This document shows positions 1 through 13,135 of a stretch of DNA of 64,000 nt, piece by piece. The translations under genes and the position numbers were made by a program. Origin of the DNA: Octopus sinensis (lineage: Eukaryota); contig NC_042998.1 of NCBI RefSeq assembly GCF_006345805.1, forward strand, positions 192,200,001 through 192,264,000, in the 5' to 3' direction. The stretch's first letter is position 1; the number at the start of each line of letters is the position of its first letter. Under the pieces are notes generated by a model. The model saw only the letters and a list, made by a program, of their open reading frames with translations, had not been told where the DNA came from and did not search any database.

Positions 1-485
1 ATATCGACAACTGCAACGGAGACTACGAAACCGTAGCTGGCAGCAAGGGACACACCAGGCATTCTGACTGCGTCCACCCACCGGGAATCATTCCTACATC
101 ATTGAACAGGGTCTCAGTTCAGATGACTATACGAAGTTGTTGGAGACTGTGGGCAATCTCTGGTTCCAGAGGGTTGCTGCTAGAAGGCCGTGCGCAGCAG
201 CAGGAGTTGCCACATCTCTGAAAAGTGTCAGAAGTGGTTGTCAGAGAATTTTCTACGACTTCACCAGCCCTTATTTCTGGGCTCCTAATTCCCTTGATTG
301 TAATCACCTGGATTACTATGTGTGGGATGCAGTTGAGAAAGACACCAACACTCTGCCTGCAACACCAAGGCCGAGCTGGTAACCAAGATCAAAGAGATGT
401 TCGAATATCTTCCTAGGAACGCATGCGCCGGACTCGGGGTCTTTCTGAAGCCATAGTGGAAGCTGAAGGCGACTACTTTGAGTAA
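1..485 (+). mobile_element. Degenerate Tc1/mariner-superfamily transposase C-terminus (maT/DD37D-like), frameshifted and cut by the window edge
   Basis: Translates as FWAPNSLDCNHLDYYVWDAVEKDTN...CNTKAELVTKIKEMFEYLPRNAC...AIVEAEGDYFE*, matching the WPPNSPDLNPLDY.VW motif around the third catalytic residue. Confidence 0.85.
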
Positions 486-3400
486 ACTGTTATCTCCCAG
501 CCATAATTTAGTGGATATTTTTAAAATATGTTAATATTTCTTTTATGGAATATTGAGTTTTCCTTTTTGGTAAACCGTAAATCATATTACGCCATTTGAC
601 TCGTAAATCATATTACACAATTTGGCTATAGTGCGATATAGAAATACAATAAACTACTAAATACTTATAATTCGGTTTCTATTTTTTAATGCCAATGCAA
701 CAGGAACTTCAGTAGAAGAAATTATAATATTGTGGTAGATGACTTAATTAGAATAGAGGTGCGGTCAAAATACCGTTTAGTGTTTTATTAGAACTTTTTA
801 AATCTTTTATTTTGTAGTAATCATAATGGACCACCATAAGAGGATATTATAAAACCTTTTTTTTTTCCTATTTTCATAATGTCTCAAAATGTACTGATTG
901 CGTGTTAGTAAAACACACCTAGTAATTGTAAACTACTTTCTCCACTTACAAGAAACATAAGAGAAATATCAATTGTTGATAATTTACATATAATTTACTA
1001 TATCTGTAGTTTAATTATAAATAACTAATAATGTTTTGCTACAGCTGTTATGGGGTCGAAGCTTGGGTCTTTCGATCCACAAATTTCTTGGCAATAATAA
1101 GGAACAGAAGAAAGAAGAAGAAAGAAGACATGCATCCAACACCAGAGCTGAAGACACCTCCGAAAGGGGGGGGCGCCACGTCAAGACGGTAGAAAAGTAG
1201 GGGCCGCAACCGGACGTGGTTCCTCCTGATGATGTATTGAGCTAACTGGATCCTATAAAGGAGCTGTTCTGGTAGCAGACCACGAAGCACGGTTGAAATT
1301 CCTAATATCAGCTCATTCTTCTTCTTTAGAAACCTCCTTAATTCTTCATTCTGGCTGCATAGTATAAAACAGCCCCTTTTTTTTATTCAGCTGTTATACG
1401 AAGACTTAGTGAGATTTGTCATGTGACCCAATTTACCAAAAAGTGAACTTAAATGAAAACTAGATCCTAAATCTTCGAAATAAAACATGTAATGTTGAAA
1501 TATCGGCTTCATTGATTTTTCACAAATAAATTTTCAACTAGGATTCTGCTAATTCAAAGCAAACAGATTCGAATGTAAATAAGAAATGTAAATGTTTTGT
1601 AAGCCAGATAACAACCGCCCCCGAAACACTTTTAAGAGTATATGAATCGTTACTTACGCACTACATATAACTGGCAACCAGCGCCTCGCCCACGTGATGG
1701 GGAAATAAATTGCAACGTAAATGAAATCTAAAACATAAAAATCTAATTAGAATGGGTAAGAGTGATTATAGTACCATGCTTTAAATATTAACGTAGTCCC
1801 GCTGTTATCTCTTGGGGGAAAACACACACTTGAGTGGCTTTATAGAAAGACGAGGTAATATCTAATCACTTAATCTAATACAACAATTCATAGTTCCTTT
1901 CTGTCAATATTTTCATCAATTTCACCTGTTCTACAACACACATTCCAAGAAATTGGAGAAAAATGACTGAAGTAAACATTCGTGTTTATACAATGATCGG
2001 AATGGGGGAAAAAATGAAATCTGAATAAATAGGATTTCGTGCATTAATAAAAGCACAATTGGTAAATATATCTTTGTTATCAGTGAGCAGTTCTTCTAAT
2101 ATTACAAAAATACCATAACACAATTAATATAGCAATAAATAGGTTCGAATTTTATGTTATAGTTTGAGTCAATTTACTGGGAAATCAGAAAGCAATTTTA
2201 TAGATCTCAGTTTATTTGAAAAGAAAGTGCATCTGCTTTTCAATTACATTTTTGATAATGCTGAATTGATTATTATAGAATTGAAATATAAGAAGAAAAA
2301 AATGTTGTTGTGGCAATATCAAATTTCAGTACAGTTTAGGTTGATTTCAAAGACTTTAGAACATAATTGATCTAGTTTTACTGTATAAAGACGATATGAC
2401 AAATTTCATATATTGTTCGTGAATGCAAATTTTGACAGAATGTATTATAAATATTTGTTCCATTTCTTTCAATAACCACGCATGGCTCATCGAATTCGAT
2501 GGATATGAATTTGTATTAAGTTAGTTGTATCCAATGAATTTTTCAATATATACAATGTTAAGGTTAGTTATCTTTCCCATGACTTTATCGCTCTTTATAT
2601 CACACGCTAGAAGAGACAGTCGGTATTTATGTTACATAGCATGTTTTAAGCCAGCAAGTATCAATTTTACCGCGAATTATCTACGAGAGAGTAGTGAAAA
2701 TACACAGCCGGGGCAGATTTCATATGAACGTATCTGGCTGATTTAACGGACGTTTACTGAATTTACATGTAAATAAATATAATATATTTGAAATCGTAAA
2801 ATTTATATTGAAAATTTATAATCCTACGAAAGATGGCGGGTTCTTCCACTTCTCTGATTCGCATCTGGGGAGCTAACGACAAGATTAAGGTCAATTATTT
2901 ACGCTTTAAGCAGCATTAAGTAACACCCGTGGTTTTGTTCCGAATGACAGCCATACTTGTTGAGCAATGACTTCACACAAATGTCTCTGAGTAGATCTCG
3001 TTCCTGATAAAGAGGCGCTACTTAATGTAGTCACAAGTCATTATACTAATAATAAAGGCAGAAATAAGTCCAAATACTGGACAATAGCTTTTGATTATTT
3101 CGATTGATTAAACAGGTTTTCTAGATATGCAGCCGGATTTTCTTTTGATACACAAATAAGTGGAAGAATATACAGACCTACTAGCAATATCCTTCAATTA
3201 CAATATTACGTGGAAGAAAGACACTTGTGTTCTTATTTAGATCCAAGACAGCGTAAACATTATTGTTAAGTGTGATGTAATAATTAAACTCGTTTAGAAC
3301 CAAATGGCAGTATTTTGATAATGTGTCAGATGAAGATGTTACACCCTGATGTTAGCCAAACGATGTGGCAGCTATCTTGCGGAGAAATCTGCAGTACTAC

Positions 3401-3565
3401 AGCATCTGTCTGTTCATATGTTTGTTCAGTTTCTTTAATTTTGTTAAAAAGCAATTTCCAGCTTGAGATCTTCTCATGGTTGAAATATATTTCTCAAAAG
3501 TTATATTTATATTTGTAATATGTAATGTTCTTATGACGTTCTGATCTAATGATTATTGTGAAAGG

Positions 3566-3596
<31 letters not shown>

Positions 3597-3621
3597 ACAT
3601 ACATGTATGTATATATATGGT

Positions 3622-4030
3622 CTTGATACTGAAATTTCGTATAGAATCAGCAAAGCTAGTACTGCCTTTGGTAGGCTTGACAAGCGTCTCTGTTCACGCC
3701 ATACTTTATCTATCCAGACTAAAGCTAAGTTTTATAGCACATGTGTTCTGCCACCGTTGCACTATGGAAGTGAGACATGAGTTGTTTATCGTAGGCATTT
3801 AAGGCATTTGGAACGATATCTTCAATATTGTGTTGGGAAAATCCTTGGGATAAATTGGAGAATGGTGATGTGGAGGTACTTGAGAGAAGTAGTAGGAGGA
3901 GCGTAGAATCAATGATTCTGCAAAATCGTTTGAGGTAGGGTGAACATCTGATGAGAATGATTGAGGAAAGACTTCTTAAGCAACTTTTGTATGGTGAACT
4001 TTTGTATGGTGAACTGGAATATGGTGAGAA
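3622..4030 (+). mobile_element. RTE-clade LINE fragment (post-RT region), decayed
   Basis: LDTEISYRISKASTAFGRLDKRLCSRHTLSIQTKAKFYSTCVLPPLHYGSET*VVYRRHLRHLERY...RLLKQLLYGEL, typical of RTE/BovB ORF C-termini. Confidence 0.85.
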
Positions 4031-4529
4031 TCTGCGTTCAACTCCATTTATTTACTTATACTACACAAATTACTGCACATTAACCCGGGGTTTCTACCTT
4101 TGAATAGGTCGCTACATCCTTGTTACTTCCGTGAATTTTGCTACCCTGGTAACTGTTTATTGAATTTTCCATGTTAACGGTAAACAAAGGATAATTCATT
4201 CATATATATATATATATATAATTCTCTATTGAGGCTGTCCTAATATGATGAGGTCTAATATTTGTACCTAGTTGCCCTTACCTAATATGTGAATCAACTC
4301 CAGAGATGTTTTCTAAATTTCATGAATTTATCTCCTCTTTTAATTGAGAATTTGTAATGATTACCGCTGGACTTTTCAGTTTTCAGTTTCCTACTTAGAG
4401 GGAAGTTGTAAAAAAACTGAAGAATTTAATGCGCTCCGCATTCGGTACACCAACCTTTAATTTCATTATCTGAATTCATGTCTTTTCTACCCGTACCCTT
4501 TAGTGTTTATACACACACATATACACACA

Positions 4530-4553
4530 CAGAAAATCACATTTGCATATGTA

Positions 4554-4603
<50 letters not shown>

Positions 4604-4770
4604 AGAGAGAGAGAGAGAAAGAGAGAGACAGAGAGAGACAGAGAGATAAATATATATATATATGCATACATATGCACACATACACACATACACTCCTGCA
4701 CACAAAATACTGTATGTATGTATGTATGTATGTATGTATGTATGCATATATATATGTATATGTATGTATG

Positions 4771-4811
<41 letters not shown>

Positions 4812-4834
4812 GATATATATATATATATGTATAT

Positions 4835-4933
<99 letters not shown>

Positions 4934-5115
4934 GTATGTATGTATGTATATATATATACATATATATATATGTTTATGTATGCTGTAGGAAGTAAATGCG
5001 TATTTGGAGGCGTACGTTTGTTCCTATGTATATCTAAGTAAACTTGTATATATAAGTATTTATGCATGCATATGTATACGTATGTCTGCACGTATCTTCG
5101 TATCTGTGTGCGCAT
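4530..5115. repeat. Compound microsatellite (TA)n/(GA)n/(ATGT)n
   Basis: Direct reading; source of the poly-YI ORFs. Confidence 0.95.
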
Positions 5116-5482
5116 TGTAAGTATGAAAGCTTAAGCTACTTGCCAAAGCCAAGAATTGTTCAGTTCGTAAAGTTATTCAGGTAAATTCAATCAAACCATT
5201 CATTTTAATGGTTTTACTTTAAGTCTTCGGAGTTTAATTAAATTACATTTAGGATTAGATTACATAAATGTTATCTACTTCTTATCAATAGTGGAGAAAG
5301 TATATAATGATGAGCAATAGATCAATCAATCGATTAGAATATAATGAGGAAACAACTGCAAACAAAAACGTCGTGTTGGAGTCACCAATTATACGATCAC
5401 TGGTTTTAGAAATGTTCACAACGAGTATTTCACTGATAAACACCACTGCTTCTGCTTTCAAAATGAATAACGAATTAATACT

Positions 5483-5724
5483 TATTTCTTTACTACCCAC
5501 AAGAGGCTAAACACAGAGAGGACAAACAAGGACAGACAAACGGATTAAGTCGATTATATCGACCCCAGTGCGTAACTGGTACTTAATTTATCGACCCCGA
5601 AAGGATGAAAGGCAAAGTCGACCTCGGCGGAATTTGAACTCAGAACGTAACGGCAGACGAAATACGGCTACGCATTTCGCATTTCGCCCGGCGTGCTACC
5701 GTTTCTGCCAGCTCACCGCCTTTC
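5483..5724 (-). mobile_element. tRNA-derived SINE, family B (head GGCGGYGAGCTGGCAGAA), full length
   Basis: Perfect 15-bp TSD TAACGAATTAATACT at 5468-5482 and 5725-5739. The central GTCGACTTTGCCTTTCATCCTTTCGGGGTCGATAAA recalls the Meta/MESC SINE core (from memory). Homologues at 35633 and 56555. Confidence 0.9.
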
Positions 5725-6049
5725 TAACGAATTAATACTGTTGTGTAGATATTCATCCAAGTGTCTTCTTTTACAACCTCGGGTTGACTATTGTGTGAGT
5801 GACATTTAATAGACAGAACCGTGGAGGGTCTTCAAATGGACCCCAACGGTTCTCTACAGGTAACCTTAATCAGTCACTTTTGTTTAAATCCCTAACGGAG
5901 TTCCCTCCGCTTCAAGCATTTGGGCCAGTTCTCTGGTTTGAAGACCTCGTTCTTCCATTTTAGCAGAAAATTTTGGAAGCCACTATATATAAACTTAAAA
6001 GTATATGTGCTTTGTGTTTATATATGCACAGATATTTGTAAGATTAGTG

Positions 6050-6378
6050 TAAAGACACCCTTCGGTCAAGAATGATCATGAGATTGCGCCTAGAAAGTTT
6101 CCCTCCGAATCACAAGTCTGGGTAAGGTTATTTATGGAAGGCGAGTTGTGATCCATGCGTACTAGCCTTCCCCTCTCCACTCCACCGATGTTATCCAAGG
6201 GAAAGGCAAAGGCCTATACAACTTGGCACCGGCGGCGACGCAACTCATTTCTACAGCTGAGTGAACTGGAAAGACGAGAAATAAAACGTCTCCCTCATGA
6301 AAAACCACACAGCTCGGACCGGGATCGAACTCTCTACCTCATGACTGTGATCCAGACGCTCTAACAACTGAGCCATGC
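6050..6378 (-). mobile_element. tRNA-derived SINE, family D
   Basis: The minus strand starts with a tRNA-like head (GCATGGCTCAGTTGTTAGAGCG...GAGTTCGATCCCGG) and shares CCAGTTCACTCAGCTGTAGAAATGAGTTGCG with the 32303 copy. Confidence 0.8.
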
Positions 6379-6531
6379 ATATATATATGCATGTTTCTTG
6401 AGAACATTTCTTAGTGGTAAGACCATAGCGGATCGATTTCTAGCATAAGGGTGTCCATATAGTGGTTTCCCTCTAATATGTATATATATATATATGTATA
6501 TATATACTCACACACACGCAAACATGTTTAT

Positions 6532-6622
<91 letters not shown>

Positions 6623-7460
6623 ATTCGCGTCGTCGATTTTTAAGAAGCACTAGCAACCTTAATGACACACAGTGTCGATGACTCAGCTTGATAAAACTTT
6701 ACCCTTTACAAGCCAATAAAGGTTCCTCTAGGTGATCGTTCAACCCCGCAACAAATGGTAACCTGATGTCTCTGAAATCATACACCAGCGTATTTGTTAA
6801 TGGGAAGACGTATTTGATAATGTAGCTCTAGATAAACAAGATAGAATGATAAAACTGACGCACGTTTGATAATAGATCAACTGGCTCAGAGCTAACGTTA
6901 GAGTTGAACAACGACTGTCCCTCTACGGCTGAATGATTTCGTGAAATGTAAAACGGAATTCATTGTTATTGCGCTTCTCTTGGATGCAGTGAATGAACAT
7001 TAATTAGAAGCAGTAACCATTATTTACAGTTTTCAGCAGTATTCATCACATTATTTTGTTCTCGAGAGAAATTCCAAGTAATTAATAGACAGCAATGATT
7101 TCTATCGAATGCATAACTCCAACTTTGACAAGGTTTTACACGTAGCAACAGTTGCTATTTTGTCGATGGTTATTGGGTATCCTTTTTCCGTATTAATAAT
7201 ATAATGCGTATATTTGTATAAGGGCATCATTTAACTTTATGGCTTTGAAGCATTTATCTTTGAATTTTATTTCTATAAAATATGAGGTTTGGACTTAAAG
7301 AAGATTAATGAAAATAATTTGCAAGTCGCTCAGTCTCATCAATATTAAAGAGCTTTGTGTACGGAAAGATAAATCCACTAATAACAGGAGAGTTAGTTTA
7401 TGTTTTCTTTGAAATCTATCATTATACATGCTTGGTGGCTTCTTGGTCACATACAAATAG

Positions 7461-7871
7461 CTGTTGTTGTTGTTGTTTGTTTGTTGAGCGAAGCGGTCTT
7501 CGTCCCAGAGCTCGCAAGATCGCGCCTCTGTAGTGGGAGAAGTCTGAAACATGGTCCTTTGCTATTCGAATTCGTAAGACCCGCAGAAGAGAAAGCAGGT
7601 CAACCCCCGACACCGAGAGCATCGACGGATGGATGAATGCGCATCCAGGCTCAGCGGTTGCGTAGGAAGTCGGGGACAAGAAACAGGAAGAAACAGTGAG
7701 AGGAAGTTGGAGCGAAAGAGTACAACAGGGATCTCCACCACCCCTTGCCGGGACCTCGTGGAGCTTTAGGTGTTTTCGCTTAATAAACACACACGACACC
7801 CGTCTGGGAATCGAAACTGCGATCCTCCGACCGCGAGTCCGCTGCCCTAACCACTGGGCCATTGCGCCTCC
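7461..7871 (-). mobile_element. tRNA(Arg-like)-derived SINE, family C, tail variant 1 (OR-type)
   Basis: Head GGAGGCGCAATGGCCCAGTGGTTAGGGCAGCGGACTCGCGG with A and B boxes; ends in (AAC)n; head and body shared with 8893, 12833, 40880 and 50198. Confidence 0.9.
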
Positions 7872-8892
7872 TGTTGTTGATGTTGTTGTTTAGCCCTTGA
7901 CCAAGTCTGACTGAGTAAATCTGCAATCAGTATTGCAGTCATGACTATTCCGTCTTGTTTGTATATCAGAGACCACATTGTTCAATGTGACTTTCCCTTT
8001 CTGCAGTGGATAGTTGTTGCTATTCGTGGGACATATAGGTTTTGTTTCAACTAGATCGAGCGACTGCCTGTAGACGCTCTCGTTGCTTTATCATGATGAG
8101 ATAATGTTTTACAGTAAAGAAAAAAGTTTCTCTGTTCAATTCATCAAAATATTTAGCGACATGACGCATTCAGTTTACCCTTTACTCGACTTCCATGGTA
8201 ACTAGAGCTAACGATGTTTCAGATATGACAATAACAGATCTACTGCCATTACAATTTATCCACTTTAAGACAGTACTTCTGTATGAAATAGGATAACAAC
8301 CAGTTAATAAATTGTAATTCTACTGTGGATATTGAACGTTTGATCAAAAGAGCAGAGATGAGTATAGTATAGTATTCTAGGAATTATGTTTTTCGGTTTT
8401 TTTTTTGCTTTTTTGTATCATTTTTAACATTTCGGATATGACAGGGATAAGCTTGAAATTACCGTTCATCTCTCTTACTATAAGATTTGGTTTCTTGTAT
8501 AAGTTCCTTATAGTTTTACTAAGTAAAAACCTGTAAAAATAAAGATATTAGCGGATAATGGAAAGTAAAAGTAAGTGAGAAAAAAATAGGGTGCATTTGT
8601 CAGTGATATAGTTACGTAGAGAAATATCTGATTCGTGGAATTGCGGAAATCAATATTCAACGAACTTGGTTGAATACCCATAATAAGAAAGACACACTTG
8701 CAGTGCGAGAGCTAAGAGATTTATACCGGCAACTCATTCTACAAAAGTTTTGTTTCAGTTTTGATCCTATAGCGCAGACACGTGGGCCAATTGACATCAA
8801 ATACCACCTCATATTTTGAACGAAGCTTGTGAATGGAATTTGTTGGACAGGACAACGTGGAAGTCCGTATTATGAAAAATAACTCTGGATGT

Positions 8893-9281
8893 GGATTGGA
8901 AGCACTCCGTCGGTTACGACGACGAGGGTTCTGGTTGATCCGAATCAACGGAACAGCCTGCTCGTGACATTAACGTGTAAGTGGCTGAGCACTCCACAGA
9001 CACGTGTACCCTTAACGTAGTTCTCGGGGATATTCAGCGTGACACAGAGAGTGACAAGGCCGGCCCTTTGAAATACAGGTACAACAGAAATAGGAAGTAA
9101 GAGTGAGAGAAAGTTGTGGTGAAAGAGTACAGCAGGGATCACCACCATCCCCTGCCAGAGACTCGTGGAGCTTTTAGGTGTTTTCGCTCAATAAACATTC
9201 ACAACGCCCGGTCTGGGAATCGAAACCGCGATCCTATGACCGCGAGTCCGCTGCCCTAACCACTGGGCCATTGCGCCTCCT
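8893..9281 (-). mobile_element. SINE family C, tail variant 2
   Basis: 11-bp TSD ACTCTGGATGT (8882-8892 and 9282-9292); near-identical to 50198-50560. Confidence 0.9.
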
Positions 9282-9602
9282 ACTCTGGATGTAAGCTGCA
9301 GTTTACTACTAAACAAATTTTAAATCTGATGACACTGGGTAATTAGTCACAACATCGTTCGCTTGTGCTTTTGCTACGCACAAAGAAGAAAAAAAAGGAA
9401 AAATAGCTTCAAAGCCAAGACTTCATTACGAAGACACGATCGAGAAAAGTTATAGTTCAAAATAAAGCATAAAAAGACTTGAAAGGAAATTTGATGTTTA
9501 AACAGAATTAAATTCAACCTAGTCAGGTTTTGGAGCGTAGGACATGAGATCTAAGTCAATGGATATGCGATATGCACTGAAAAAAAACACATTCCATAAA
9601 CG

Positions 9603-9661
<59 letters not shown>

Positions 9662-9743
9662 TGTGTGTGTTTGCTTGTATGCATGTGGGGGTGTCTGTTT
9701 ACTTGATGTTTGCGTGTATACACACACACACAAGTATATATAT

Positions 9744-10146
9744 CTCTCTCTCTTTTACTTGTTTCAGTCATTTGACTGAGGCCATGCTGGAGCACCGCCT
9801 TTAGTCGAACAAATCGACCCCCGGGACTTATTCTTTGTAAGCCCAGTACTTATTCTATCGGTCTCTTTTGCCGAACCGCTTGGTGACGGGGACGTAAACA
9901 CACCAGCATCGGTTGTCAAGCAATGCTAGGGGGACAAACACAGACACACAAACACTCACACACATATATATATATATATACATATATACGACAGGCTTCT
10001 TTCAGTCTCCGTCTACCAAATCCACTCACAAGGCATTGGTCGACCCGTGGCTATAGCAGAAGACACTTGCCCAAGATGCCACGCAGTGGGACTGAACCGG
10101 GAACCATGTGGTTGGTTAACAAGCTACTTACCACACAGCCACTCCT
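9744..10146 (-). mobile_element. tRNA-derived SINE, family A (head AGGAGTGGCTGTGTGGTAAG, internal TA/TG microsatellite, GAGTAAAA tail), full length
   Basis: Homologous to at least 12 other copies in the window. Confidence 0.92.
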
Positions 10147-10154
10147 ATATATAT

Positions 10155-10447
10155 CATTGTGAAGTATGTTTGCCACTTAAATGTGGCTAACCCTCAAGGG
10201 TGGATGCTACTGTCGCTTGTAGCCCCAGGAGGACACCTCTTCCAGCTGGCTATTGACACATTTTCTGTGTCCTATCAGTATTTGCAAAGGGAAGCCATCC
10301 TTCCCGTCTTCAACCTGCAAATACTGATAGGACACAGACAGTGTGTCAATAGCCAGTTGGAGGAAGTGCCCTCCTGGGGCTAAGAGCTACAGCAGCATCC
10401 ACCCTTAGGGGTTAGCCACATTTAAGTGGCAAATATACTTCACGATG
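10155..10447. repeat. Long foldback inverted repeat (MITE-like), about 130-bp arms and about 29-nt spacer
   Basis: The left arm GTGAAGTATGTTTGCCACTTAAATGTGGCTAACC...CCTATCAGTATTTGCA matches the reverse complement of the right arm at about 90%. Confidence 0.95.
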
Positions 10448-10730
10448 TCGTGCAGCTACTGTTTATACCTCGTTCAGAGATTTATTATTGCTTCCATTAT
10501 ATCATTGTACCACCAGAAATAGTTAAATGGCCGTCCTTACAAAGTATTATTTATCAGACAATGAACCGAAACAGCTGATGGCTAAAGTGGCTGTACCTGC
10601 TAACCTGTTTGCTTCAGACAACATTGAAGATAGCCATGCCTTACTTTCCCAGAATTTAGCTTGCATCAACCTTTGATCACCTCGAACTTCTGACTTATAA
10701 CCCTCTTATACCACTTCCTTCTCAGCCCCC

Positions 10731-10849
<119 letters not shown>

Positions 10850-11786
10850 TCACTTCTCTGTCTCTATGTATCTATCTCTCACCCAATCTCTCTCTTTGTT
10901 AGCCATCTAACATTGATATAAACTATTCAATTCTATCTTTCTCCCATACTATGCAACTCCATTTACTATATTCAATAAGGTAGATTCTACACTCTGCACT
11001 ACGAATGAACTTACCACATTCTCTTATATTTTTTGCTATGTTTTTTTTTTTATTTCGTTTTCTAGAAAATAACAAAGCTCCGTCAATATTGTGCGTTATA
11101 TACATTATGTTTGAACTTATAATCTAATAAGTATGCGACTCTGACAACAATACGATGTAGAACAGATTAATATCTTTTGGAAATGTGTTGTGTCACGGAT
11201 GAAAATATAATTCCTAAACTGTTCTTTATGCAACATTGGTAAAACGATACTAGAATTACTAAATACTGCTTTGATACGACAAACGGTTTCCAATGATTTT
11301 CAGTGATGTAAGTATTAATAGTGGAGGTTAATCCAATTTTAGCATGCAGCTAATTATTTCATGAAATTGATATATGAAAGAATCTCATATACAAACTGAT
11401 ACGCTTGATATATTCATACACACTGGTAATATATTCTTTCAAGTCTGGCTTACAAAGATGCATTTAGTTATTGATTTTGGCGTCCTACAGATAATGTAGC
11501 TAGTCATTTTCTGATTTATATATTAGCGTGGGTATTACTATTTTTTTTTCCTTTTCTGTAGTGTTGAAAAGACAGTTTCATCGTTCTAAGTCTAGTTTGG
11601 TATAGCAAGTGGCGGCAGGAAAACGTTTAGGGGAACTAGTGCAACCAGAGTAATTGATTAATGCATTGCATGAATAATTAAAGTGTGTGGTAACCGAGAA
11701 TACGAACCTAGAATATTTCAAAAATTAAATGTTACCTATTGAAATCTAATCTTTTGTGTCTTGTGTGCGTATACACACACAGACAT

Positions 11787-11861
<75 letters not shown>

Positions 11862-12259
11862 TAAAATACACTTGTGGGATTCAACACGCTAGAAAGAACA
11901 GCTAGGTTCCATAACCACAAAATTAGGGATAAAATTCGACAGGAACAAAATGTAAAAATAAAATTTTACCATCTAGTTTCCTGGACCAATTGGTTTCTGA
12001 TTTTAGTTTGGCAAGTAAAATAACATATAGTCGCTAGGTGAAATCGTTCTCAGCAGTAACACCTTGGGTCAAATATATAAACACGAGGCGATCAAATTAC
12101 GTGCCCCTAGTTCATACATCCTAATTTTTTTTAACTCTACTGCGCAGCCGCAGCCCTTCGCCGGCAATAAAAAAAGGCCAACTTTTAAAAAACGAAAATT
12201 ATCCCGAAAATTACATATATATGTATGTATATGTATATGTATGTATGTATGTATATATG

Positions 12260-12293
<34 letters not shown>

Positions 12294-12832
12294 TGTATGT
12301 ATATATATATATGTGTGTGTGTGTATGTATGTATGTATACATACATGTATATACCTTTATATACGCTTACAGCTATGTTTGATGATTTGTTAGACACATT
12401 CCGTATTTGATCGCGAACCTATTAAGATCTATGGAATAAATTCTGTATTTATATTTGTTCTTCAGCTCGAGGTCATTCAAATTGAACCAAGGTATGACCA
12501 ATGGTGTTTTTCAGTCATGACCATCTTATCTCATACTCAGACATAGCATATCTTGGACCACATTATACAATGTGCCCTATCTTGATGAAAACTGTTGGGT
12601 TCGCTTTGTGGAAGAGTTGGTAGATATTTCCATCAGGTCTAGTATCACTTAGAGATTTCTGTTGGTTCGAGGGCTCTCTGTCACTCACTCTTATACAATT
12701 GGCAGAATATGTACGTAACATTTATAATGTAATTAAAGAAAACTTTCTACGGGGTCCTTGGTGTGATTGAGATGTAAATTCTTTTAATCCAATAGGGTAA
12801 GAAGTATTTCCTAATGCCATTTGTCACATTGT

Positions 12833-13135
12833 GGAAGCACATGGCCTCGTGGTTAGAGCAGCGGACTCGCGGTCGAGGGATCGCGGGTTCGAATCTCAGA
12901 CCGGACGATGTGTGTGTTTATGAACGAAACACCTAAGCTCCACGCGGCTCCGGCAGAAGGTAAAGGCGAACTTCGGCTGACTCTTTCGCCACAACTTTCT
13001 CTCACTCTTTCCTCCTGCATCTTGCAGCTCACCTGCGATGGACCGGCGCCCCGTCCAGGTAGGGAACTTATACGCCAAGAAACCGGGAAACCGGCCCTTA
13101 TGAGCCAGGCATGGCTCGAGAAGGAACAAACAAAT
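12833..13135 (+). mobile_element. SINE family C, tail variant 3
   Basis: 14-bp TSD ATTTGTCACWTTGT with one mismatch (12819-12832 and 13136-13149); near-identical to 40880-41180. Confidence 0.9.

Noticed and set aside
1148-1235. CTGAAGA and CTGATGA hammerhead-like cores
   Set aside because: No GAAA follows a closing stem II, and there is no stem I or stem III.
2831-2840. YY1-like AAGATGGCGG suggesting a promoter
   Set aside because: A single short motif with no supported downstream gene.
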